Assembly: GCA_010093815.1 (NCBI GenBank)
Contig: ML996577.1
Strand: one strand, 5' to 3'
DNA from: Pseudovirgaria hyperparasitica
Lineage: Eukaryota
DNA length: 64,000 nucleotides
The notes below the pieces were generated by a model. It worked only from the letters and a program-made list of their open reading frames with translations, did no database searches and had not been told where the DNA came from. Made by a program: the position numbers and the translations under genes. Of this stretch, positions 51,122 through 64,000 are shown one piece after another; position 1 is the first letter of the stretch, and each line of letters opens with the position of its first letter.

Positions 51122-53697
51122 GGTGGGCAAAGGTCGTGAATCCCCTCCGGTCGACGTAGTAACGGCAATATGTGATTGTTGGTTATTATAGCTGTCGTGG
51201 CCGTTCGGGAGTGTCGGATCGGCTCCAGGTCCATACCATACAAGCTCGTGCCTCCTGTTCTTCAGATATTTGGAAGATCATCACAGGGTGGTGGTAGATC
51301 AAGGCGATGGTTCTTCTTGTAGAATAGCAAATAAGCTAAAAGACGACATGCTTTGCGGCGTCAGGGGTCGTAGGAGTCAGGAACGAGATTGAAGTTGCGC
51401 TTTACAGGAGATGGCTCGGATATGAATTACGCATAAGGCAGGCAGCAAAACAAAGGACAGTGCGAGCGAAAAGCTTGTTAGTCTACGGGAGACGGGCGGC
51501 ACTGAATATTGTGCCGAGCCAATGCGATTCGTGAACTACTGATGGGGACCAAGTACCAAACTGTCCAAATCACACCAACCACGCTGATGTCAGGGCGTAA
51601 TTTCTCCTCGTCTCTGATTCAATTGCCTAACTGAATGAGTGTTGGGCACTCTGACGAGCCACGAGTCACGATTCGGTGATGTGCGAGGCCATATGTGCAT
51701 TTAACCTTCAAGCGTTCGTATGACGTATGCAACATCGCTTGCACGGCGAGCTTGGCCGATGGGAGACTAAGCTGGACACCAACACGAGGTAAAACGGTAG
51801 ACTTACACGGCAGATTTGCAAGTGGAATCAATGAGCACAAGTTGTACTGAGCCCTCCATTGAGCAAGCCTGAGGGAAGTGCAAAAGCACCCGCACGGTGC
51901 GCAGCCAGGAGGATTTTAGCCGTCCTGGGGCAGCCGGGCACTGACTATCTTGAATGTTAGATGGTAGATGGTAGAAGCGTATCGCACGTGGAAGTCAGAA
52001 TAGCTGGCAGGGACGCGAAAGCCACGCAAAAGACGCAATGTGACATTCCGTGGACTAACAATGATCTGCGTGGACTTGTCAGATTTTTATCTTCTTGCAG
52101 CTCGTTACGCCGATTGGCGATGCTGGGTTACGGCAACATAAACATAGATGCTGTTGAAATGCTGCCAAAAGCAGACCGGAACAGGGTATCATAGCTCGCG
52201 GGTACTGAGCCTGATCGGGACTAGTTATGCTAGCGTCGGCGTGCAAGGAAGCGCCGTCCAAACTTTAAATGCAGCGCAGACCTGCTTCTGCTTCAGATCC
52301 TGCTCCCGCTCCTGCTCCTTCCCGCATGCGCCACGACCGACTTGTGTTCCTTAGTGACATGGACAGGCTGTGTGCCTTTCGTCAAGACATGCATTCGTCT
52401 GACGCCACTCAAACTTGGTATGTACCATGTGGTGGCCGTGCCGTGCCGTCCTATCGGACTATGTTTGCCATGGGCTTCAAGGACTTGCAGGTATAAATGC
52501 CTCTTCAGTTCCTATAATCGTTGATGCCTCTGTCAAAAAAACAGAGACGTGGACATGATAGTCGAGGCTGGTGTCGTGATGGTACATACTTCCATGGCCA
52601 TGAAGAATTTCTATGCAAGAGCGGTCTTGAGTAACATATTGTAACACGTAATATGGAGTGATGTGGCGCGGACGGCAGCTGCAGCCCATTTTCTCTTTCA
52701 CTTGCCCAGGCTTTTTCTCTCCTCCTTCAACATGAATCAGAAGACATTTCATCTCAACACTTTGTGGTGGCTTAAGTCTCGGTGCAACATTTGATGATTC
52801 ATGCCTCACGATATTACTTTTACGGATGTCCGGATGGCGGAGTCAATATCTTCAAAATGCCACCACCTCTATGCTTTCCAGGCTCCTGGATTCTATGTGG
52901 CTTACCGTCCGTGCGGCTGGAGGCGAGCCTACGGCCCACGCGACGCCACTATGTTGACTGGTTCTGATTGATATACTAGTATTTAGAATCGGCAACTTGG
53001 ACAGCCCAGTGCTGATTTGGCTAGCGTCTCCTTTCCGAAATAGGAAGATCTTCACCATATTCACTGAAGACGTGCAGCTGAACGGTTCAAAACCTGGCAC
53101 TGTCTCAAACAGAAAACGATCGAGGAATTGCGCACTTCACTGCTGCATGCAGCTCGCAATAGTTGAGATTGGGCAGGTCTCCTTCTACTATGTTAGAGAA
53201 GCATTCTAGGGCTTCCATTTTGTGTTAATCCTTGGCTTGGGTACGCTAAACAGAATGCATTACAGCGCATCTAGTCGAAGCGCTAGAAGCAATTGGAATA
53301 CACTTGAGCGCCCTGCGTCAAGGCTCCTCGGTATTCCCTTGAACGCCACATTCAGATTCGGGTTGTAGCCGGTAACCGGTAGATTCGAACAGCGTCTTTA
53401 CCCTTGTATTTTGTACCCTTGAAAGCAGGGGCCCAGCAGTCTGAAGTGCTATCTGTGCTACGATTCATCAACATCGAGCCGCTTGCCACATGTGTGCCAC
53501 CATATCTTACTCAGTGTTACCTAGTCCTGTCCATGAATCCGTATATAATCCACGTGGATGCAGATCAGCAATCCCAAATCCCTGTTTCTTGGGAATCTAG
53601 CAGCAGCAGCTTTTCCTGTGGTTTCGCATACATATAGCCTACCAAGCATCACATTCCTGCCTTCGCCTTCACATCTAGTCCCGTCAATTCGATAATC

Positions 53698-55412
53698 ATG
53701 AAACTCTACGGTCTCGGCGCTGGAATCCTACTGGCTTGCGCCGTAACCAGCCGAGCCGCACCAATTGATGAACCTGTCACAACAGACACTACCCCAGCTT
53801 CTGACATTGATGCCGCTAGTCAACAGATTGAAGCTCTCCTGGCACAGAGTAAAGAAGTTACGGAAAGCTCATTGTCAGACGCATCAACAAAAAGGAGGCG
53901 GGAGGACTACGATGGGCAACAAAAGTGCTCACTGAAAAACTTATTGATTCGAACAGAATGGTCAGTTCGGCGACGGCCACGTTGCAAATCTGTCCCGAAT
54001 TCAGCTGACATCTCCTGCAGGAGCGCCCTTTCTTCTAAGGAGAAGAAGTCATACATCAGTGCAGTACGCTGCCTACAGTCAAAGCCTGCCCGCACGCCTT
54101 CCACTGTCGCCCCAGGCGCAAAGACACGTTACGATGAGTATGTTTCTTTCTCCATTTTCTCGACTTGTCACTGGCAAAGTCAACTCATTCCTGTTATAAA
54201 GTTTCCCCTCCTGACGATCCCTCCCTGCACTATCGGTCACATTCTCACTTCCTTTCATCACCACTGCCCAATGTTAGTCCTTCTGAGGCAGTCTGAGCAA
54301 GTCTTCTCTATGGCCATCATAAGCCAGAGCTCGTTCATGCCTCGATCTTCAGCACTTGAAGATCTTCACACAACATAGCCATCCACGATTTCTATAGGCT
54401 TAGTATAGCCAGCCCATCATCCCTCCCAGTTCCCCTTTCTAATCTTGACTCGAAACCACAACTTGTCATCCCGTCCCCCACTGACCAACGTCCTGCAGCT
54501 TCGTCGCCACCCACATAGACCAAACCCTCACCATCCACTACACCGGCAACTTCCTCACCTGGCACCGCTTCTACACCTGGGTGTACGAGCGCGCCCTCCG
54601 CGAAGAATGCGGCTACACAGGCACCCAGCCATACTGGGACTGGAGCCGCAGCGCAAAGTCAGGCCTCACCGCGCACCCCCTTTTCGACGGCTCCGCAACC
54701 TCCATGTCCGGCAACGGCGCACACATCGACCAGACCAATGGTTCGATCGTGCTCAGCGGTGCCGGCCTGCCCTCGCTGTACCTGCCCGTGGGTAATGGTG
54801 GCGGGTGTGTGTCCGGCCCGTTCAAGGACTACAAGGTCAACCTGGGCCCGGCGTCGCTGGCGCTGAGCGACGGGTCGACGTTGGCGGTCGAGAACCCTAA
54901 GGCGTATAATCCACGGTGTCTGAAGCGCGACCTGACGGACGCGATCAACCAGCGCTATGCGAATGCGTCGAGCGTGGTGAATCTGATTCTGCGGAACGAC
55001 GATATAGCTAGCTTTCAGCTGAAGATGCAGGGCGTGCCTGGCACCGGTGAAATTGGCGTGCACGGCGGTGGGCATTGTAAGTATCTTTCTCTGTCCTTTC
55101 TTTACGAACCCGCTAACCTCTGCAGATTCTTTGGGTGGTGACCCTGGCCGCGACGTCTTCGTCTCGCCTGGCGACCCGGCATTCTTCTTCCACCATGCCA
55201 TGATTGACCGCACATACTGGATGTGGCAACTGTTGTCACCTAAGACACGTACGCACGCCATTGCTGGCACAAACACCTTCTTCAATATGCCTCCGAGTGC
55301 GGATACCACTCTGGACGATATTATTGACTTGGGCTACGTAACTGATGATCAGCCGACCATTGAGAGTCTGGGAAGTACAATTGAAGGACCGTTTTGCTAC
55401 ATTTACATCTAG
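53698..55412 (+). CDS. Secreted short tyrosinase/catechol oxidase-like type III copper protein, 414 aa. Exons 53698-53960, 54021-54137, 54499-55076, 55126-55412
   Basis: Signal peptide, KRRR pro-site; CuA HIDQTLTIH..FLTWHR; PYWDW; CuB HGGGH..SPGDPAFFFHH; no C-terminal shielding domain. Confidence 0.92.
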
Positions 55413-55539
55413 AATCTCCAGAGATGAGAGGTAGGGGAGATTGTATGGATCAATTGCATGTATGAATTGCATGAATGCATTGCATAAGAATTGCATTGTT
55501 GAGCGAGTGGAGGAAATGCATCTAACTTCATGACCATAG

Positions 55540-56100
55540 ATGTACATATATAGTAGACACAGGGTACATAATCTAATGTCTTTTTCTTGTCATGTCTTCT
55601 CATAGATTCTTTGCAGACTTGGTGTAGTAGACGTAGACTTCCGTACATGTACATGCGATCTATAGTAGCTTGATCTAGCCTATGTCCTGGAAGAGCATAT
55701 ATGGTTAATACAAGGCTAGAAAAGATCAATAACATAGATCTATTACCTACTAAGACTTGCATTATAAGACTATATCTTCAACATCCTAACATACATAAAT
55801 CTCTCTTCTTGGCATATAAATCCATACAAGATCTGAAAAGCGACTAGCTAGAATACATTTTATGAACTTTACTCTCCTTGAGCATCTATTCTGCATAAAG
55901 CTTCATTAATATACTTTTAGACCTCTTGACCTATTTTTAATACTCTGCTAAATTCAATATCTAGAGTCTAAACTACTTACGCTATCTTCTTCTAAAGTAA
56001 GCCGTGGAATAATAAACCGAGAGTCAGCTTGGTAAATTTGCGGAGTTCTACACCTATGTGTATATTACTAACAGTATCCCTTGGACTTATATTTTAGAAG
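55540..56100. other. AT-rich, TpA-rich degenerate segment consistent with a RIP-mutated repeat relic
   Basis: Visible excess of TA/CTA/TAG, few CG, no convincing ORF; RIP indices not computed. Confidence 0.45.
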
Positions 56101-56586
56101 TCACAGCGAGATAGATACTCAATAGACAAGAATGCCTGCCCATTGACACCACGTAGAACGACACACCCAATGCAAACACCGGAATCACAGAACGGAACTA
56201 CTTGGACCCGGCTGCGAATTATAGACAAGTACGTTCGACCGGTTTATACTGCATTACTGGAGCACACTTGGCTCTACCTAGTACTCGGATCGTAATAATA
56301 CAAAACGTGAAGTATACCAAAACGCCATGCCGCACGCTAATCTATGTATGCTTCCAAAAAAACGATGGTGGTTTAGACGGCCGCTGCTATGCCACATAGT
56401 GTTACAATGATACATCCACCAATCCACAAACGCCTTACTAATAATAATGAATGGAACACGCGCCGCCGCATGTCTCTTATTTACACTTCGTCTTACTTTT
56501 CCTTCATACACGAACGATATCGCCGTTCTTCTTCTTGAATAGATTTTTACTTTCATTCATTTCATATGTCGGCTTGCCTCTTCTTC

Positions 56587-59500
56587 TCAATGCCCACCAT
56601 TCGACAAGATCTTCCGATTTTTCTTCAACATAGCCGACAATTGTTTTTCGTGTCTTTCCAACTCTTTCCGTGATTCATGATATTGTCTCTCTACCTCTTC
56701 GAATGTCATGCCATGAGTCATGAACGCAGTCCTGAAGTCGCCTGCTGCGATACTTCGGATAAGGTGGCCATCCAGCAGCTCACTGGCCTCCTCAAGCGGA
56801 AGTGAAATGCCGGGAATGCCTGCTGTGGTGACCTGAGGCGGGTTCTGTGTCTGGCGGGACATATACCCTGCAGTGGCGGTGGGATCCGTGGGTATCACCC
56901 ATTGATTTATATAGCTCGCCGCATCATCGAAGGGAGCACACTTCACAGAATTGTTGCCGCCATTGGTGTTATTTTGGTGATCTGCAACATTCCTAGCGTT
57001 CTGCAGACCTGCCGCGAAGCTCGGTAGTGCTGTGGGGTACATTTTCTTGGGATCGCGCGTACTTTGATGACGGTATTTGCCGGGCCCAAGAGTCGCTTTA
57101 ATTCTAGCATCCAACTCGAGAAAGAATTCTTCCATTGACGGAGGGAGTCCATGAAGCACGCCTTGATCAACCACGAGACACCGCGAAGAGTCGCGGCCAT
57201 CATGACCTCCAAGTTGGACTGGAACATCTTTAGCAATGTTTTCGAGATCATTCGGGGTGAATGGAATGGGCTTCTCTAAGTTGTCTAGATCAGCGGGGGT
57301 GACTTCGCCTTTCGGATATGCTGAAGGACCTTTGAAAAAGGCTGTGTCCATCATATCTTCCAGCTTCGCAAGGATATCCACCGGCGAGGGAACATGCTCC
57401 TCTACAGGCTCAGGCTCAGCCACCATGCTCTCTTCCAGTATCGGTAATGCCTTGGCCTGTGGGCTAGGTGGCCGGGACTGTTCTTTGCTGTTGAACCCAA
57501 CTTTTAAGGCAGGTGACGCGGGGCGGCTGGCCTCTCTCTCTTTGGATGCCACAGCCGCAGCTGGCGTCTTCGATGGCTTCTTTGCTTTCTTCTTACGCCC
57601 AATGATAGGCTCTTGCATGACATCGTCGACCGACTTCGCACTGACGGCCTCTTCAACCTTCTCGGCAGTCTTCTGCTTCCCCCTTTCCTGTCTCTCCTTC
57701 TTTACTTGACTCTTAGTCTTCGTCCTTACTGTAGCAACTTTCGACTTTGCATTAGGCGGCGGAGAGCTGGCGCGAGATACAGACGTAGACGCTAAGGAAG
57801 CGACATCTGATACATCGAAACTATGTGGGGTCCCAGGAATGTTGATCGAAGCAATACTGGCCTGTCTTGAGGCTAACCGGCCAGTCGGTAACTGCGGAAG
57901 GACATTGGATACTGATGATGATGCAGATATCGGTACTGGGGTCTCTGTTCTAGGTGTCTGCACAACTCGAAGGACTTTTGAGGGGGCCTTCTTTACAGGA
58001 GATCCAGTTGAAGCAGTTGTGGTAGCAGGAGTATGTGGTACAGAATTGGGGACCAATTTGTAAGGTTTTTTCTCAGCCTCGGCTGTAGCAGTCGCAGCAG
58101 GAATATCGAGTTTGCCCGGCGGTTGTCGTTTGGTCGAAGACGTAGGCTGCTTCCCGCCCTTGCCATTGTCTGGTGTAGCATCTGGTTTCTTTGACGCATA
58201 CACTGTCTGGGGAATCTCTGTCTTCTTTGGCGTGGCAGGTTGCTGGACGGCGCGAGTAGCTGTCGGTGTCGCACTTACTGAAGCGATGGATTTTGCGTTG
58301 GCTGTTGAATTCTTCCTCGTCGTAGGCTTTGAGGCTTTCTTAGCTTCCACATCCGCAGTTTCAGGCACTGCAATCGCCGAGACTGCAGTTTTCACGTCTA
58401 TCTCAGGGGTTTGGTGGTTGATGGGCGTCTTAGCAGGAATCTCTTCCTTCTTTTCAAGTGAGTCGCGATCATACAGGGGCTTGGCGGAATCTGCGATATC
58501 AATAGCTTTATGTGGAGTGGGTTGAAGAGGTAAGGCTGGCTTGATAGGTGTCATGACGCGAGGCGTCCCTATTCTCGAAACAGGCTTTGAGCTGACGGAG
58601 CCCTCAAACCCTGGTGGTACGCTAGGCGTTCCTCTGCGGGACACATAAAGATCGGGATTGATTGCCGCTGCTGCTGGCGAGAATGGATCATCGGATGAAA
58701 TATTTCGTGAATGTGATATCGGTTGGTCAACATTAGTCCCTATGGTACAAATGGTCAGCAATCTTAGCCTACAGAATCGTAGCCAGTGTGTTGTAAAATA
58801 GTGAAATGTCTAAAAACGAAACGGGAGTGGTGATCCAGGATACATTGTTGACAAATATATGGGCGCAATGGAGGGCTTTCGGGTTGCTACATGCACCACC
58901 ACAATTAGACATCTGGAATCGGTCTATGTCACAGAAAATGAACAATACCTGCAAAGCCATCAATCGTTGTGCGATTTGAAAAGCATGCCATCTCTAATAG
59001 ATAGCAAGGAAGGGATTTACGTACATGTATGATGGCCAGGACGACGAAGATGAGGGAGACTGGCGCGTACTTCCGTAATGTTGAGGCAGGGGCGCAGTGC
59101 GAAATAATCGGTATAGAAACAAAGATTTGAGGAAACACCGAATCTCGATGAGTTGCTGCGCAATGCCGGTATTTTAAAGACCATCTTCAATGAAGTTGAA
59201 CCCCACGAGAACTCCAAACGTAGACCCAAGAATTTCAAGTTCTTGGCGAACGCTGATGCTTCCCTTCATCCTGCCGCGATGATTGTGCAAAAAGAAACGC
59301 CAGCAAAGCCCGCCCGCGATTGCCCACATGTGTGTAAAAGAAAATATGACCATCAAGAAAAAACAAAGTTATACGTGCAAATGGGTTGGGTGCAGAGTCT
59401 TCACCATCGGTTGTTGTTGTACCCGCCAGGAAAACCGGCGTTGAACCCACCTTGGCCTTGACCTCCATAAATACCTTGCCCGCCCATGGGCCCACCACCA

Positions 59501-61925
59501 TGTTGCAATCTTGCCTGCAAAATACTTGGGTCGGAAACATCGACTAGACCACCTCCCCCAGAAGAGGAAGTGTTAGCATGTCTATGTTTCTTCGACTTTT
59601 TCTTTTGCTTCTGTGGACCGGCGTCTTGATATGCACCAGGCTGAGGTCCATATGGATAGTTGTGTAGGCCAGGGGCAGGGGCAGGTGTAGAGGAGGTCGA
59701 GGAGTGGGATTGAAGAAAAGAAGGAAACATAGACTCACGCTTACCAGCATCAGCTCCGTGGCCGTCGGCTCTTTGTCCGCGCAATAGACGTTGCATCATC
59801 TCTTCGTTAGTGTTGTTTCTGCCTGTCGCATTGGCTCCATAGCCCAGACCGCCCGTTGCAAACCCGTGTCCTTGGCCGAACATACCTCCGCCACTGACTG
59901 GTGGAGTTCCAGTCGTCTTCAGGCCTGGAGGCGGGCCTTGAACGCTACCAGTGTAATATGAATGATTACCAAGATGACCATTACCACCCTGGTGGCTGAA
60001 AGGGCCGGAATTCTGTGGTGGTAACATAGCGTTCTGTTGGTTCATGAACTTCTGGTTTGGAACAGGCTTGACTGCAGTCGATGCTGTGCCAGATTCGTTC
60101 GCGAACGAGAACTTTGAAGTTTGTCTCGCATGACTCGGAGCGGAACCCGAAGACAGTCCATGGCTTAACTGCTGAGCTTGCTGATTGTTCTGGAAGCTGT
60201 TGAGAAGATTCGAGGCATTCGGATTGTCTTTGTATCGCTGCATCAATAGCTGTTGCTGATTCTGCTGAGCGTTCATACCGCGTCCACTGAAACCGAAAGA
60301 GCTTGATTCATCTCCAAGTGATAAGTTCTGGCCAAGCCCTGATGGCAAAGGTGGTGGTCCAATAGCGTGCTGAGAGCGAACGAACGCTGTATTGGGCTGT
60401 TCTTCCGGCTCGCCACCTAGCTGCAGACTTCCAGATGCCGGGTCATCCTCCGCGTCTACAGCCTCCGCGGTATCAGGGACTGTAGCTTGCCCAACCGCTT
60501 GAGCCTGTTCTTCTTTTAACTTGGCCTCTTTTTCTCTTCTTATTCTAAGCTTCTCGCCACCGTATGGGTCAAGCAGCATAGGCATGTTATCAAGTTTTGC
60601 TTGATCTCTTTCCGAAAGGTTAGCCATGGAGAAATTATTTTCCCATGGCAATGAGAGGATTTTGAGGAAATTTTCCAGATGTTCCATCCGGTTTGGCTTA
60701 GTCGGTTGTGATGACGGAGAAGAAGAAGACGATGATTGGGGTGCTTCTGGAGACGGTGGTTGTGTTGGACGTTGTGAAGTAGTATTTACTTGCTTGAGGG
60801 TCGCAGGCTCGGACTTATGAACCTCAGATTGGGTTGGGGCTGAATGCGAAACAGCGGGGCTGGCTTCTGAACTCGTGGTCGCTCGGCTTGTCCTGCGATC
60901 TTGAGGTAATTGTACAGGTTTGCTGCCCCAACTAGCGGAAGAAGGCAAGGCAGAACCATCTACGCTGTGGCTACCTTCACTGCTTTCGTCTCTTTGCATT
61001 GGCGTGGCTGCTGCGATTGGAGCCTGTTGTACAGGTGCGGGTTGAGGGTTCATTGAATTATGTGGATGATTTGATTGACTGATATTGAGTGCAGACAGAT
61101 CTTGTCGCGTGAACCGGTCACCCTCGTCTCCAGGTTCGTGCAGGAACATACAGCTCTTATTATTGCAGGTCTCATTGCGCAAATAAGCCGAGCAGTACTT
61201 GGTCGTGCCGTGTTGAGCCCTAGACTGATCAGAATGCTACACTTCATTTATGCATGTGTACGAACCGTAGAGTCCTTTCACCATTCGCGGATCCGTCGAC
61301 ACAATCGATACAAGCTTGCGCATCTTCTTTCCGCGCGAATGTCACATACACTCCGACAGATTGGTGATGATGTGATGTGTCTTTGGCTTTGCTGACGACA
61401 ATCTTAATGATCTTTCCGTACTGTCCAAAGTAGTCTGGGCCGCGTAGGGTCTCCAGTAGCTTGCTCTCTTGCGTGGTGGGTGAAAGACCAGTCACATAAA
61501 CTAGATTCTTTTGAACGACGCGTAGGCCAGCAAGGTGCTTCCGACCGAGTGTGTCTGCTTCACGCCTTTGAGCTTCTTTTTGTTTAGCAACAGCAGTTCT
61601 CTTTTGTCTCTGGGCTTGTCTCTTATGGTAGTCTGCGGCTCTGTAAAGTGTCAGCTCCATGTATCTAGACGAGCAATGATGACTGCACATACTCTTCGGG
61701 CGTAGGCTTGACCATCACGATATTCTTGTCTTCATAAACACGTCGACATGCAGGACACAATCCGTTCATGTTCGTCTTGATGTTGTGATGACAGAACCGA
61801 CATATTTGATACCCACAAGGACACGGTCTAAAGCCCCTGTCGTCTAGGTCTAGCTCCTCGACGCAAAGAGGACATACCTCCTCTTCGTCATCATCGATGA
61901 GTTGATCCATTTGTATACGTGACAT
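56587..61925 (-). CDS. NOT4: CCR4-NOT subunit Not4 E3 ligase (RING-RRM-C3H1). Exons 61925-61693, 61640-61266, then 61219 to either stop 59401 (808 aa) or splice to exon 58739-56587 (long forms)
   Basis: CPLCVEE..CPCGYQICRFC..CPACRR RING; VVQKNLVYVTGL RRM; HGTTKYC..CMFLHE zinc finger. Joining of the last exon is inferred from splice phase. Confidence 0.9.
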
Positions 61926-62343
61926 TACGGGCTGCTGAAGGTGGGTGCGACAAGCGGAAGTGTAGTTCTGAGGAAAAGGTGTCGTGGCGGACCATATGAA
62001 GCGAAGCTTTGCTCACGAGCTAGTGGCAAAAGTACGGTTGCAGGGCGTGAAGGAGTGATCCTGATAGAGAGAGCCCAGCTAGCGAGATATATTAACGAGG
62101 TGAAGAGGATTAGAATGGGATGGGACAGGGTGGCTGAAATAAAATCGAGATGAAGGGTTTGTACAGGACCGCGAAAGTAGGTGTACAAGGAAAGCGCGAC
62201 GAGCCGGCTGGGGCTACACGTGACCCTGAAACAGTGGATACCTCCATCCCTCTCTAGGTCGTCACCACCACCTCTGAAGTGTCAAAGCCATCGTTGAAGC
62301 CATTGACCTTTCCACGGTGTCTCTCCGATCGTATACAGCTACC
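61926..62343. promoter_or_regulatory. Short divergent intergenic region (418 bp) shared by NOT4 and the complex I subunit
   Basis: Head-to-head ATGs at 61925 and 62344. Confidence 0.55.
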
Positions 62344-63268
62344 ATGGCTCTCCGACTATCTACAGCGAGGCCACTCGCATCAGCTGTGCGCTCTGCCTCG
62401 ACGCGGACAGCCGCGAGGGCGTTTACGGCGTCGGCCTCACAATCTAAAGAACTCGCTGCCAACGCCAAAGACCTTGAAAACATGAGGGTACGCCTCCGTA
62501 CCCCCTCCCAAACCTCAAAGATCAGCTAACCCTTCCATCTCCCAGTTCGCCCCTCGACCCGCGACAACCCAACTCAAAGTCCCAGTCCTCAACCCGGTCG
62601 ACAAATACGCCTCCACCAACGCCCAGCTCCACACGTACGGCCAATATCTTCTCTCCTGCCTGCCCGCCTACATTCAACAATTTAGCGTGTGGAAAGACGA
62701 GCTGACGCTCTACATCCCGCCGCAAGCTGTCATTCCGACATTTCAATTTCTCAAGAACCATACCCAGTGCGAGTATACCCAGATCAGCGACATCACGGCC
62801 GTGGACTACCCTACCAAAGACCAGCGCTTTGAAGTCGTCTACAACATGCTATCTGTGCGACACAACAGCCGCATCCGCGTCAAGACGTACGCGGACGAAT
62901 CGACCCCGGTACCCTCACTCTGTGGCTTGTACGATGGCGCGAACTGGTATGAGCGCGAGGTCTACGATCTCTTTGGCGTTTTCTTCTCGGGGCACCCGGA
63001 TCTGCGGCGTATCATGACGGATTACGGTTTCGATGGGCATCCGCTGCGCAAAGACTTCCCGATGACTGGATATACGGAAATTCGCTGGGATGAGGAGAAG
63101 AAGAGGATAGTAGTTGAACCGCTCGAAATGACACAGGCGTACCGCAACTTCCGTGGTGGTTCAACGGCTTGGGAACCTGTAGGGCCGGGCGAGGACAGGA
63201 AACCCGATGCATTCAAGCTGCCTACGCCTAAGCCGGAGCCCCCCAAGGAAGAAGAGAAGAAGAAGTAG
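62344..63268 (+). CDS. NDUFS3: NADH:ubiquinone oxidoreductase 30.4 kDa subunit (NDUFS3/NuoC homologue), 288 aa. Exons 62344-62487, 62546-63268
   Basis: Mitochondrial presequence; EREVYDLFGV..HPDLRRIMTDYGFDGHPLRKDFP signature. Confidence 0.95.
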
Positions 63269-63810
63269 ATTGGCACATGTAAGACAGGGGTTGTATATAA
63301 ATGTATACCAGATTCAACGTGCATTTCATATGTCTAAGGTTCGCTTCTTACTGCTCTAAAATCTATCGTGAAGCCTTTGTACGTTTCAACTCGCGCAGCG
63401 GCGCAGTAGATAGACACGCATATCCCACCAGTATACCTCTGTGCAAGACTTCTCTCATTCCGACGGCCTCTGTCCTTGTCAGTGCAATTTGACATTGATC
63501 CCTGTGCCTGAGAGCCCATTCCGGTACGCCATCTACGCAAAATACATAAATCTGTGCGAAAAGCAAAACCAAGATACTGCGTGCGAGGCCAGAAGCATTT
63601 TAAGCTCTCTGGCTGTGCTACGTTGATGCAGAACGCTGAGAACAGACAGCAAAAAGTGCGAAGAATCGTGAATTTGAAAATGTTTCGTTTGCGTTTTGTT
63701 TTGTGGTATGCACGGCCCTTCGATGCGCGATTCTTTGAAGATTCTTGATCGTCTTTTAAGCCCAATATATAGTCCTCGTTCGACCAGAGAACTCTTGACC
63801 CCCATCACAT

Positions 63811-64000
63811 TTATAGCCATGGCGATCTCGTCGTTGACCCCCCACGTCTTCGATCAAGTCCCGCAGTGCCACTAGCTGTACCACCTCTTCCTTCTTCAAC
63901 ACTTCTCCTCGTCGCGTTCCCGATTTCACTCATGTCGAACAACAACGGCTCGTCGTCATCCAACGCATGCCCGGCACGTGAACTGAAGCTGTAACGACTA
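63811..64000 (-). CDS. ATG13: 3' end of a gene entering from the right, probably autophagy protein Atg13
   Basis: Open frame ...ALDDDEPLLFDMSEIGNATRRSVEE...SPWL*; DDEPLLFxMS resembles the filamentous-fungal Atg13 C-terminus (recalled, short fragment only). Confidence 0.6.
   Translation of the reverse strand, partial: SRYSFSSRAGHALDDDEPLLFDMSEIGNATRRSVEEGRGGTASGTAGLDRRRGGSTTRSPWL

Noticed and set aside
32920..55412. Secondary-metabolite or dikaritin RiPP cluster around the tyrosinase and laccase
   Set aside because: No PKS, NRPS, terpene synthase, DUF3328 protein or repeat precursor peptide found
31100..56200. Starship or other giant mobile element
   Set aside because: No tyrosine recombinase, transposase or terminal repeats identified

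Overview
Intron-containing genomic DNA of a filamentous ascomycete (Pezizomycotina-type GT-AG introns, mostly about 50-60 nt, with CTRAC branch sites). All product names come from motif recognition by eye; no database search was run. Core genes at left: 3' end of a Ste20/PAK kinase, HSE1, a Hal3/PPCDC-like flavoprotein fusion, a mitochondrial 2-oxoglutarate/malate carrier, an MFS transporter, MsrB, cytochrome b5, phytochrome FphA and Scp160/vigilin. Core genes at right: NOT4, the complex I 30 kDa subunit and the probable 3' end of ATG13. Between them lies a gene-sparse accessory block (about 31-56 kb) with an Mx-like dynamin pseudogene, a laccase, an NmrA-like reductase, a secreted alpha/beta-hydrolase, an orphan gene with a GC-AG intron, a beta-mannosyltransferase-like protein, tRNA-Ser(GCT), a PTH11-like receptor, a short tyrosinase and a RIP-like relic. 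The region 9.2-11.8 kb is saturated with microsatellites and contains a 10-N gap. Most interesting observations: (1) NOT4 appears to encode alternative C-termini through three in-phase splice donors and an intron-embedded terminal exon; (2) a 125-nt nested hairpin in an oversized cytochrome b5 intron; (3) a 49-aa single-pass microprotein gene missed by the ORF track; (4) a catalytically degenerate Hal3-like domain fused to an F-box-like motif and ankyrin-like repeats; (5) MsrB with possible mitochondrial, cytosolic and peroxisomal targeting. No complete multi-gene novel system could be demonstrated from sequence alone.
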